Assembly (NCBI RefSeq): GCF_023055435.1
Contig: NW_025963790.1
Coordinates: 496,001-560,000, forward strand
Length of the DNA stretch: 64,000 nucleotides
Reading direction: 5' to 3'
From: Haliotis rufescens
Taxonomy: Eukaryota
Shown: one piece after another, positions 25,753 through 37,220 of the stretch
Numbering within the stretch: position 1 is the stretch's first letter
How the letters are laid out: each line of letters starts with the position of its first letter
Program-made: the position numbers and the translations under genes
The notes under the pieces: model-generated
Told to the model about the DNA's origin: nothing
Database searches by the model: none
The model's input: the letters and a program-made list of their open reading frames with translations, nothing else

Positions 25753-26910
25753 CGTTACGCTTCAATAGGCATGTAGACCTGTACACGACCATGTGTCATC
25801 TTGAATGTAAGGCCTCAGTAGGCATGTAGACTTGGACACGTCCGTGTGTCTTCTTGCACTCGACGTCTAAGTAGGCATGTAGACCTGTACACGACCGTGT
25901 GTCGTCTTGAATGTTACGCCTAAGTAGGCAAGTAGACTTGTACATGCCATTGTGTCTTCCTGAATTTTACGTCTAATTAGGCATGTAGACCTGTACATGT
26001 CATTGTGTCTTCATGAAAGTTACGTCTAAGTAGGCATGTAGACCTGGACGCGTCCGTGTGTCTTCTTGAATGGTACGTCTAATTAGGCCTGTAGACCTGT
26101 ACACGTCCGTGTGTCTTCTTGAATTTTACGTCTAATTAGGCATGTAGACATGTACACGTCATTGTGTCTTCTTGAATGTTACGTCTAATCAGGCATGTAG
26201 ACATGTACATGTCCGTGTGTCTTCTTGAGTGTTACGTCTAAGTAGACATGTAGACCTGTACACGTCCGTGTGTCTTCTTGAAAGTTACGTCTAATCAGGC
26301 ATGTAGACATGTACACGTCCGTGTGTCTTCTTGAAAGTTACGTCTAAGTAGGCATGTAGACCTGTACGCGTCCGTGTGTCTTCTTGAGTGTTATGTCTAA
26401 GTAGGCATGTAGTCCTGTACACGTCATTGTGTCTTCTTGAATGTTAGGTCTAAGTAGGCATGTTGACATGTACACAACATTGTGTCGTCTTGAGTGTTAT
26501 GTCTAAGATGGCATGTAGACCTGTACACGTCCGTGTGTTTTCTTGAATGTGACGTCTAATTAGGCCAGTAGACATGTGCACAACATTGTGTCTACTTGAA
26601 TGGTACTTCTAAGTAGGCATGTAAACTTATACACGTCCGTGTGTCTTCTTGAATGTTAGGTCTTAGTAGGCATGTAGACCTGTACACGCCCGTGTGTCTT
26701 CTTGAATGTTTCGTCTAAGTAGGCATGTAGACCTGTACACGTCATTGTGTCTTCTTGAACTCTACGTCTAAGTAGGCATGTAGACCTGTACACGTCCGTG
26801 TGTCTTCTTGAAAGTTACGCCTAAGTGGGCAGGTAGACATGTACACGTCAGTGTGTCGTCTTAAATATTACGTGTAATTAGGCATGTAGACATACAAGGC
26901 CGTGTGTCTT
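25753..26910. repeat. 53-bp minisatellite, ~22 units
   Basis: Unit gttacgtctaagtaggcatgtagacctgtacacgtccgtgtgtcttcttgaat. Confidence 0.95.
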
Positions 26911-28358
26911 ACACGTTAGGGTGCAGTAGGTAAGTAGGAGTGCGCTAATCTGTGTGTGAAGATAATTTAGAAACGGATACAAGCCTTTTGCGAACTCGTA
27001 TTGCATTTTTTGTGATAGACTTGCTGTTGTGAATCCCGTCCCCTCTTGTAGTCGTTTGTTTCATTGGAAATATAAGTAGGGGGCGTAGAACGGCTAGTGC
27101 TCATAAATTGTCAGACGTTTGAGATATCAACACTTCCACACTATCTAGCAACCATTTCACAATAATTTTAAAGAGTATTCGTTCCAAAACCACAGAAGCT
27201 ACATATAACATTTCCCGTAAAATATATATCATGGCAACTCACGGTGTATCTCGAGAAGACTCAATGCCTATTTATAATTTGTGTTTATTAAAAATATATT
27301 TGTGTGCTCTTCGTTGGTGATTTTATTTTTCCTTTTCTTTTAACATCTCTAGTTAAAATTCGTGTCGGGAGAGACAACATTAAATTCTGATAACTTCCCA
27401 CATCGTCCAAAGCCCATGAGATCAGATTTGTACAATTTGATCACGTTGTGAGTGGAGACGGATGTGTGAAGATTAGTGATATACAGATAATGTATCCTAT
27501 TATCGAGCTCAGATCCCATCCAATAACCCCATCCCCATCCCCTTTTGTTTTAAAACACTAATAACATTACCGTATAAAACAGAATTGGCGACACATTCTC
27601 AACAAGAACAACAATAAGAAATTCTATTCTCTGACGTTGAAGTTTTATATTGAAAAACGCAGATTGTTTCCCGAATAGTTTATTATTGCTTATTGAGTTA
27701 ATGCCCTTATGTTAATTAAATGCTGTGTACCCGCTATTAAATGACCTAGCGGTATCCACAGTGTTCGATAAATGGTGACCTGCTCTACCACTCACAAAGT
27801 TTTACATACAATTTTACGTGCCATTAAACACAGGATATGGTGAAGAACATGTTGAAAGAAAGGCAAAAGAGATGGGACATATGCAAAGTGAAGAGGGCAG
27901 AATGTATCTACTAAATCAAGGGTAGGTGTAGACAAATTGCAAAAGTAGCTTCTTTGGACACATTGTGTACTGTAAATGTTAATTAATTAAAACATTACAG
28001 ATATCACACGCCTGTGTGTTACTAATCTAGTCGCCATCTGAGTAATGAATGATTTTATTAGCAACGATCCACGCCGTAGAAGTCATCCAAATCAAGGAGC
28101 CTGACGAACTGGAACACACCAGCTTATATATTCCCTCGATATCAAAGAACATGCAAATTATCACAGTGAAATAGAGATAAAAAGATATTTCTACAGGAAT
28201 GTAGAACATGTTGCGTCAACAATGAGACCAAACAAATAAACAAATTAACAATAACTCTCACTGTCAGGCTATTGGGTTGCCTTCACGAACCAGAAAGTCG
28301 TTAAGCATGCGTGCGATGCTTTAAGAAATCAATATCATCAATTTATAAAGAACGTATC

Positions 28359-28389
<31 letters not shown>

Positions 28390-28412
28390 TGATGATGATG
28401 ATGATGATGATG
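28359..28412. repeat. (AAT)n(GAT)n microsatellite
   Basis: Read directly from the sequence. Confidence 0.95.
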
Positions 28413-29445
28413 TTGGACATAATCTCAATGTCAGTGTTGATTTTGTTGATGGTTCTGTACAGCTGGACGGTACAGAAATGAGTGTAAACCAAGCGAAGTG
28501 CCATATCAATTCGGCTCAGACTCAGTTTTCAAGGAGAGGCTATCTGAACGACCACTGCATCGCATTTATTTGCAGTGTGTTGAGATGGTAAGCAACCCCA
28601 AGAAGTGCTTCGCTTGGATGAAGTCGGCTGGCCTGAAAAGTGAACCAAAAGGCCTTCTATTCGCTGCTCAAGACCAGTCACTTCCTTCTCGAGACCGTGA
28701 AACCAAACGTGAATACGAAATGTAGATTATGCAATGAATTTAATGATACGGTCCAACACATTGTCAGTCGATGCAGATCTTTGGCACAAACACAATATCT
28801 TAAGCGACATGATGGAGTGTCTCGATCATTTTATTACCGTCTTCGCCTTGGTTGTTGTTTTGACACAGAGGTCCATCCACGGTACAACACAGAATATGTA
28901 GAGGGCGTCATGGAAAATGATAAAAACAAAATTTATTGGAATAGGCCAATATATAGCCTCGGACCTATCATGGCCAACAAACCTGATCTTGTCCTTTTCG
29001 ATAAATCCAGTGAAATCAGTTTTATTTTTGAGTTTTCTGTTCCTTTTGACACCAACGTGATTGACAAGATTCAGGAAAAAACATGGCAAATATGCGGACC
29101 TCGCTTTCGAAAAGTCACGCTAGCATCCCAAGTACCAAGTACGACGCCCCATTGTTCTTTGGTACCTCCCAATCTCTTGACTGAAGTTGGGAGAGTACCA
29201 GGGTTTGTTGCTAGGAATTCAGCCCTTCTAACAATCTGGGTAATGCAGAAGACTGCAATGTTGGGGAGTCTTCACATTCTCCGAAAAGTTCTTGGTGGGT
29301 TTGACTGGGTAGCGCTTTCTGGGAGAAGTCCGATTCGCCTGTAGAGGGGGCAAGGGCCCTGAGCTGATGATGAGCCAAACCAACCTGACTGTGCCAGGAT
29401 CACCCAATCCCTCTTTGCTACATTTTTTATTTTAATCTGTAAATG
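28413..29445 (+). mobile_element. 5'-truncated R4/Dong-like (restriction-like endonuclease) non-LTR retrotransposon
   Basis: LLFAAQDQSL; CCHC knuckle CRLC...VQHIVSRC; YLKRHD; NKPDLVLFDK...FEFSVPFD (PD-D endonuclease); MQKTAMLGSLHILRKVL. Flanked by TAA repeats. Confidence 0.85.
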
Positions 29446-29446
29446 A

Positions 29447-29820
29447 TAATAATAGTCAACTTCTGTCGCACATTATTCCATGCACAATGGATGCTCGAAG
29501 CGCACAATCACAATGAAAAAAGTTAATCTTGAAAGGCGATCAAGAAGCGAAGAGTTTTTAGGCAAAACTTGAGGAGTGAAAAGATTGTAGAGGTAGATTA
29601 TTCAATTCTGTGGCGGCGGCGAAAGAAAAAGACCGATGGCCATAATTCACAGTTTCAGTTGATGGATGACTCAAAAGTTGTTTAGATTCAGATCTCAGAT
29701 ATCTTTTGGGAGTGTATCTGGTAAGCAGGATACAAAGATTATGGAGCATCACCAGATAGGCATTATGTAACTTATCGACTGACTGGTAAGTACATGATAC
29801 TGTGATGATACTGTACCAAT
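29447..29820 (-). mobile_element. L2/CR1-clade LINE 3' end
   Basis: YTPKRYLRS...GHRSFSFAA..LNNLP C-terminal ORF2 motif, a short 3' UTR and a (TAT)n tail. Confidence 0.7.
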
Positions 29821-30004
29821 AACTAAACATGATGGATTTTAACAGACGGTTGTTTGCTCACCATTTAGGAGCTGGACATCATGTGCTATTACCTTTGCAA
29901 CACTGCTGTACCTGAGATCACGTTGTAGCTAAATGTGCGATAATGTAATCATGTCAGTCTTAAACAAAGCTACGAATATTACCTCACCTCTTGTGATATT
30001 TTAA

Positions 30005-30261
30005 GACTCGTGAAGATCTGGGTTAGAATAGGTCTTCAACAACCCATGCTAGCCGTAAAAGGCGACTATGCTTGTCGTATGAGGCGACTAACGGGATCGG
30101 GTGGTCGGGCTCACTGACTTGTTTGAAGCATGTCATCTCAGCGTGGGTCGATGCTCGTGATGTCAATCACTGGATTGTCTGGTCCAGACTCAATTATTTA
30201 CAGACCGCCGCCATATGGCTGGGATATTGCTGAGTTCCGCGTTAAACAACAAACAAACAAA
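30005..30261 (+). mobile_element. SINE family A (no tRNA head; GTCGTAAGAGGCGAC hairpin; (AAAC)n tail)
   Basis: ~260-bp interspersed repeat with about 18 whole or partial copies in the window. Confidence 0.88.
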
Positions 30262-31153
30262 GTAGTAGACATACAATTTTAAAATTTCCTGGGTCAGTTG
30301 CGCTTTTATTAAGTAACGGATGTCCTCTATGCCATCAACCTGTTAAAGTTTGTGTTCTCTTTGTCTAACTGATACTAGTCATACAGAATGCAGACGAATT
30401 ACAAAGGAAAGATTACACAGAACAGATACTGTTGAGTGATTGATGGTGATACATATCCGTCCTAGCATCTGCTAATTTGTATTCTTAAAATGTTTAATAA
30501 ACATTTAATAAAGTAATGTTTCAGATACTAGCGTCCATATATGTTTATGAATAGCATGACTCCAAAGCACTTTCAAGAAGAATCACATATTACTGCACAG
30601 AATAAACACCGGGTGTTCTCGAGACAGATTAACATTGATACTTCAGTACTGAGGCCATTTGTTCTCTGGGCCGGCATGTTCGCTATTTAATTGCACACAA
30701 ATTAAGAACAAACTATAAACGAGCTCCTGTCCCTTCAACACAAAGCTCATGCATTTAATCTGTCTGAACTTAAGATTGACACAAGGCGATCGGGGAACAT
30801 CAGCTAAACTTATTGCCTTCTTTAAATAACATTTGTATGAAGGATCTGATACTTTTTCAAGGGAGCTATTATGTTACGTTTAACTGCTTCACTTTTTGAT
30901 AGTGATTATTATTATTTGTAAGCACATTTCCTCGGAAGCCCCGAACAGGATGCAAAGTTACAATGTATTCCGAGGAGAACAATGAGAACAATGACGTTAC
31001 CACGAATTCAGTCTTCACGGCGTGCATTTTATTCCACTCGTGTATTTCTCACAAAGCAGAAGTCAAACGGGGTTACTTCCTCGTAAACGCATGAATGGAA
31101 TGATCTCATTCGGATTTTCCAGCATCAGATCCTATTTGTGACGAGCAGCGGTG

Positions 31154-31160
31154 TATATAA
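31154..31160 (+). promoter_or_regulatory. TATA box (TATATAA) of the Pif-like gene
   Basis: gtgTATATAAggg lies about 25-30 nt before a TCA initiator-like site and about 90 nt before a strong donor (G|GTAAGA at 31246). Confidence 0.65.
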
Positions 31161-31182
31161 GGGTGTCACTGTCATTTACTTC

Positions 31183-31245
31183 ACAGGGCCTGTGACCAGC
31201 GAGACCGTGACTGCAGAACCTGCCTGGCTAGACTATTTTTATAGG
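31183..31245 (+). other. Putative non-coding exon 1 (5' UTR); start approximate
   Basis: Lies between the TATA box and the GTAAGA donor at 31246. The next acceptor (ttttcgtttag, AG at 31665-31666) is 24 nt before the ATG. Confidence 0.6.
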
Positions 31246-31690
31246 GTAAGATTATTTAACAAATACACCTATATCTATCATAAATTCGAAAGATTTCATA
31301 ATCTGTAAAGTAACTGGTTTATATTTTACACGAAGAACTCTTAAATTATCACAATTCATATTCATACTCGCACTGGATTCACAGCAACGCGTTTCGTCAA
31401 TTTGCTTTGAGGTTTTATGGTGAATTCTGATATACTAATGTAAAGGTCAAGATCATCCGTTTCTCTTCTATTACTGTAGTGTATCCGTCACAGACAAACT
31501 AGAGTAGTATGAAAGAATCGGATGACCCTCAACGTTATTGAAATAGTATATACCAGTATTATATATATTCAATATTAATTATTAGACACGAAAATTTGTA
31601 ATGTTAATTGATTCAAATCAACTTAAGCTAAAAGACAGATAATGATGAAAATGTCTTTTCGTTTAGTATTTCATCAAGGGGCCAAGGAAA

Positions 31691-31757
31691 ATGAACTTTT
31701 TCGCGCTGTTTGCCTTTGTGGTCGGTGTAACCGTGACTACTGGCCAAACAACTCCTA
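31691..31757 (+). CDS. Coding exon 1: signal peptide [22 protein letters not shown]
   Basis: aaaATG context, hydrophobic core, small-residue cleavage site, phase-1 donor GTAAGT at 31758. Confidence 0.82.
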
Positions 31758-34700
31758 GTAAGTATTAACAGTAACTAAGTTATCTGTCCATAATTAGTAT
31801 GTCATCTGCCTATCCTTCTCCATCCATTCATCCTTCCAACCGTACTTCATGTGATACATGACTTTAATGAGATGAAGAGATTCGACCTGATAATGTCTTG
31901 TCATCACCTTGTTCCTCAAAGTGGTAAATGTCAAAGATTTCAACACTTTGGGTTTACCCTTTTCGCCAACACTTTGAATAACTGCTTTTCAGCAACCCAT
32001 TCATATACCTTTCACCACTATTTAGCGGTTTACTAACAATTGAATCTGTTTCGGCAGATAATCGAGACTGGTTAGTCTCTGGCGTGGACGTTATAGATTT
32101 CCTCTCATGACTTACACGCCATAATATATATTTGAAATAATGTTCACAGTGGCTTAAAAACAAACATATATATTTCTACTTGATGAAATAAACGTTTAAA
32201 CTATTTATTTATCATAATCGTTTTTTTCAGACTGCGCACGCCTGCTGGATGTGATCGCTGTTGTAGATGGTTCTGACAGCATCCAGGTGAATGATTTCGA
32301 CACTCTGAAAAACGCGCTTGTCAATCTGACGAACTTTCTTGATATTGGGACTGCAGGACCGATGTTCGGCGCCGTTATATATAGCTCTACCGTCACTGCT
32401 ACAGCTCCCCTCAGTACGGACAGTGCACTATTGCAAAGTCAGATACTGGCATTTGTCCTTCCACAGGACGGAACAAACACACACCTTGGAATCGCTGAAA
32501 TGACACGAATGATGCAGGAGTATGGTCGGAATGGTGTTCCCAAAGTTGGCATCGTCATCACCGACGGAAGGTCCAAAGACCCTGCAGCGACAATCGTAGA
32601 AGCTGCCAAAGCCAGAGCCAACGGTATCGAGATGCTTGCTATTGGAGTCGGTACTGTTATTGACATGTCGGAATTGAAAAATATTGCCTCATCTGATGAC
32701 CAAGTCAAGAGCATTTCCGATTTCAATGAAGTAAGCGCAAGCGTTCTGGATTTGGTGAAGTTAGTTTGCAAAGGTGAGACCACTGTAGTACAGACAATGA
32801 TTCATTAAAGCAGTGTCTTTATATTGGTTAGAATGGAGTGATATGATCATGCAGACTGTAAAGGCCATTCGTATGTTTGTTTCAGGAACAACCTTGTGAA
32901 TGCATGAAATGATCTTTCCCCATGGGCACCAATTGCGTTCCTCTTCTTGTTGATCTGTTTTTTTAGGCATATGAATCAGAATTTCTGCTCGAATTGGCAA
33001 AATCAATATAAGATAATTTGGCTTAAGCTTCAGGTCTATTGATGATCTGATATCGTTCAATAACCATCAAATAGCCAATTCCCTTCAACTGATTTACCCA
33101 TCTGAACAAGAAATTCATCTGCTTCATATTTAGATCGATGCATAAAGATTCAGAGTGACATCAACTTTCCAATCGTCAACTTTCCCTTTTTGTCTTGGAC
33201 ATTCCAAATTTGACGCACCAGTGACAAACATTATGTCTGATGCAATTCCCTATCTTGAGTCCCTTTGTACCCTGTGTTCACTCGTTTTTCGCGCGTGGCT
33301 ATTTGACTTGCCTTTGCATGTGTTTGTGACGGGTGCCACCGGTGTGGCAGGATACCCTCACCTTTTCGCGAACACCTCGTATCATCACTATTAGATAGCG
33401 ATTCATAAACACATGCTCATGACATAGTCGGGATTGTACAATCGAATCTAGCAGATATTTCATATGCATATCGAAAGGGTTTTGTTGCTTTTATTTATTG
33501 AATGTTGTCTAGAAGGCAGTATGTAAAAAATGAATGAATATTTTAATAATAGTTCATATTATTGACACTTTGGGCACAGAGCTTACACTGATTCTTGAAC
33601 AGAATAAATATGTTATGTAGAAAAGCCTGATATTACGTCACGCTCTGCAGAATTGAGAAGACGATCTTATGCTCCTGGAAATGCATTGTATCTGACATTG
33701 TGTCTTTTTGTCACACTATACACTACCATGCCATTTACGTAAATGTAAAGCTATATAACAATATAGTTGCATCAGACGTTTTTATCTAAATTAGGTGAAA
33801 GAGGTATCATATCTTTAATGTGAGATCACAAACACTGAAGGACAACTTCAACGTTGGCGGACTAACTCCTGAGGGTATAAAACGAACGACTACCCTAAGC
33901 ATGATACACTCTGTTTGTAGATTGACAGCGTTAATGCTGATTTTTAAATTACTTCCGCGTCTATTCGGCCTATTTTTATAATCACTTGATCGGGGGATTT
34001 AACAATGTATCACGGTCAGCGACATTTTGAAAATCTCTCTCGGTGATCGTGTCGGCTATGTTGATGTTCTGTTATAGACACAGTCAACGACTTACTGCAG
34101 TAATTCTTCCTAACAAAGCGACGTGTACATTGCTCATGAAATTATGACATAACCCCTGTGTACAATTAAGTACATTACTGGAGGGTAATTATCATTTTAC
34201 CAGCATATGGATCCCAATGTGCCTACGAGGCCACAGATACCATTCGATAATTTTACACATCCTACGGGAGAGCAGAAACAAATACCATGTTCCAAGTTCA
34301 TAAATTTGGCCCTCATTCTACGAAGGTAAAAAAACTCCTATATAGAAAGTGAAAGTCTATTCTATTGTTGGCTACAGTTGATGGAAACTGGACTGAGTGG
34401 ACGGTTACAACCGGTGCATGTTCAGCGTCGTGTGGAGGAGGATCTAGAACCATATCCAGGACCAGGACCTGCACCGACCCTGAACCCAGCAACGGCGGAG
34501 CGGACTGTGTGGGATCAGACAGAGAAGATTATACAGAGACTTGTAACACTGAATGTCCAGGTGGGAACCAATAAATATACAAAACACTGATTTAGATGTG
34601 TATACGTTTAAGTTCACTTTACATCTTAGATGGATACAAATATCAGAATTGAAAATAGAAATACGCCTGCATATGTGTCTGTCAAAGAAGTTATTATTGA

Positions 34701-37188
34701 AAAAGTATCAGATTGGGTATTTATGTTGTTTTACATTACTAAATCGTTTTTTAAAAAACAGTTTTCTTACTTCGATTTCAACCCCTCTTTGTTAAGATCC
34801 GAAAAGTCTCCACATGACCAGAAACAGACACATTGCATCAGATCAGTATCTGGTTTCATTCAACCATGTAAAATTTCTATATATTATATTATCTATATTT
34901 TCCAGTTGGTGATCCATGCGATGGGTGTCGGTATGACAATGGTGTGGGGTACATGCGTGACGAGACGGACTGTGCCCGTTATTACCAGTGCGTGCGACCT
35001 GGGACAACCGTTTCATCCCACCACAGGACCTGTCCCCCTGGTCTTTACTGGAACCAAGGAGTCCTGGTTTGTGATTGGCCGGCTAACGTCCAATGTACCG
35101 CAGGAAGTGTAGGTGCGTAGTTAAATTTTATCCTCCATTATTTAGCAAACTGCTGTGTTGAGTGTTGCCTTCCCGTAAGTAGTGCTGGCATCTAACTACA
35201 TTCACGAAGTGTCTATTCCGTAATACAGAAGAAGTATCTCCAAAATATTTATATGCGAACAGAAACCAATGAAGGTTGAAAACAAGAATCCATGGACATG
35301 TTCCAGGCAGGTCTAATATCAGGTTACAGAACATGAAACTCAATACTTTATATCAATGTAATTGCAGGAGTACTGCTGTCCGGCGTTAGGCAACAAACAA
35401 ACACTTACCTTTTCATGCAAATTGTGTGAATGGCGGGTGCTAACGGAAAAGCAGGAATGCTTACCCTCTACACGAACACCCGATGTTATCACTGATTTTC
35501 AGTGGTCCGTTCATTTTATATTCACAGCTATTTTTCTGTTATTGATTATAACTGTTTCGAGACTGGTTATTTTATGGCGTTGACTTTTTTATATTTAAAA
35601 CGAACAATGAACTTTGCATTTTGTAGAATTTTGTCATTTTGTGAAAATGATTTTGTCAGGTGTTTTTATTGCTTGTTTATGATGTGCAGCTGCCACAGCC
35701 TCCACAGTGCAAATTACCGTACCTTCAGCCTGCGATGGCTCAATCAGGGGTTCGTCTGGGGATCAGGCGAAGTATGAGAAACTTGACCATGGTATTTGGA
35801 CTGAAATGCCCTGTCCTCCAGGAACTACATACTCGAGCACCATTTGCACCTGCATCAGTGACGGGTTAATATTGGCAGCAGGTACGTCCGAACACTTCTA
35901 TATAAGTTGAAACTCCGTATGGAACCGTGAAGATACGGGGTAGAATAGGTCTTCAGCAACCCATGCTTGTTGTAAAAGGCGACTATGCTTGTCGTAAGAG
36001 GCGACTACCGGGTTCGGGTGATCAGGCTCGCTTACTTGGTTGATGCGTGTCATCGTATCTCAATTGCGTTAATCGATGCTCATGATGTCAATCATTTGAT
36101 TGTCTGGTTAAGACGCAATAATTTACAAACCACCGTCATATAGCCAGAATATTGCTGAGTGCGGCGTTAAACAACAAATAAAACTCCCTACTGGATTAAT
36201 TCAATTATGTGTTACCCTCAAGGTTATAAATAACCGAGTTAATAAAAATCGTTGTGCACTGGTGTAAATATCACATCACACGCACCAGTGTATTGTTTCC
36301 CTCACCCGGACGGCATTGTTGATGTCATTCGAATGTTATTGTGACGCAAGGACGGAATGACGTCACACTAGAAACGGCGTTAAAGCTTAAGATTGTTGAT
36401 TTTTGTTAAAGTTAGCGGGCGTGATCAGTGCATATTTCTAAAGAGGAGTTCAAACGGATTGCGAAATAATGGACCACAAGGAAAATTAAACTCGTGAGAG
36501 AAATTGTGTATTATCCTCGCTCTAGCTCGGGAAATACAAGAATTCTGACATTCGTTTCGTAAAATCAGCATGACACACATGCTCTTATAATAATCTCAAT
36601 TTGGAATCTTTCTTAATTTCAGGTTGTAAGCCTGACTTGTACCTCCCGTTCAACGGCACCGTCCAGGACTATTCCGGCTACAACGTCGCAGTTCAGAACG
36701 TTGGTGTTACTGCTGTCTCCGGCTATGGCATCTTCAACAACAACATCCAACTCCGCATCCTGCGTTTCTCCAACATGGATTTCGGCAACGTTCTGGTCAT
36801 CTCTTTCTTGTTCCGACAAACTCAGGCCACGAGCAAGGCTCAGGCTATCGTCACCAACGCCGACTGCGAGGAGGCGGGCAGCATCTACATCACCACCAAC
36901 ACGTCAACAGTCTCCTTCCGTGTCATCAACGACGGTAACGTCACACATGAATTGTCCGTGTCTTACTCAGTAAGTAAACAAAGCCAAATGCAGAGCCTTC
37001 AACAAGAATGTTATCTGTATCATACACAGTGGTTATGTCAGCCATGCACAGTTAAAAAGTAGCTAACTGATTGATGGGGGTCAGACATCAGCATTTTTCA
37101 TACAGTCCTCATAAAGAGATGAACCGTGCGCTGCTGAACACCTGAAATGGGTTTAAGGCTCTATGGACATTATATCTGTTGTATCACA

Positions 37189-37220
<32 letters not shown>

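Noticed and set aside
25753-26910. CRISPR-like regular array (also 20853-21335 and 52545-53300)
   Set aside because: Units are contiguous with no unique spacers, there are no cas genes, and the context is eukaryotic.
27833-27921. Purine-rich AG..GT exon-like segment
   Set aside because: No homology or partner exon, and it lies upstream of the gene's TATA box.
34630-35112. 160-aa ORF from the track
   Set aside because: Wrong frame; the real CBM14 exon (34906-35112) is read in another frame.
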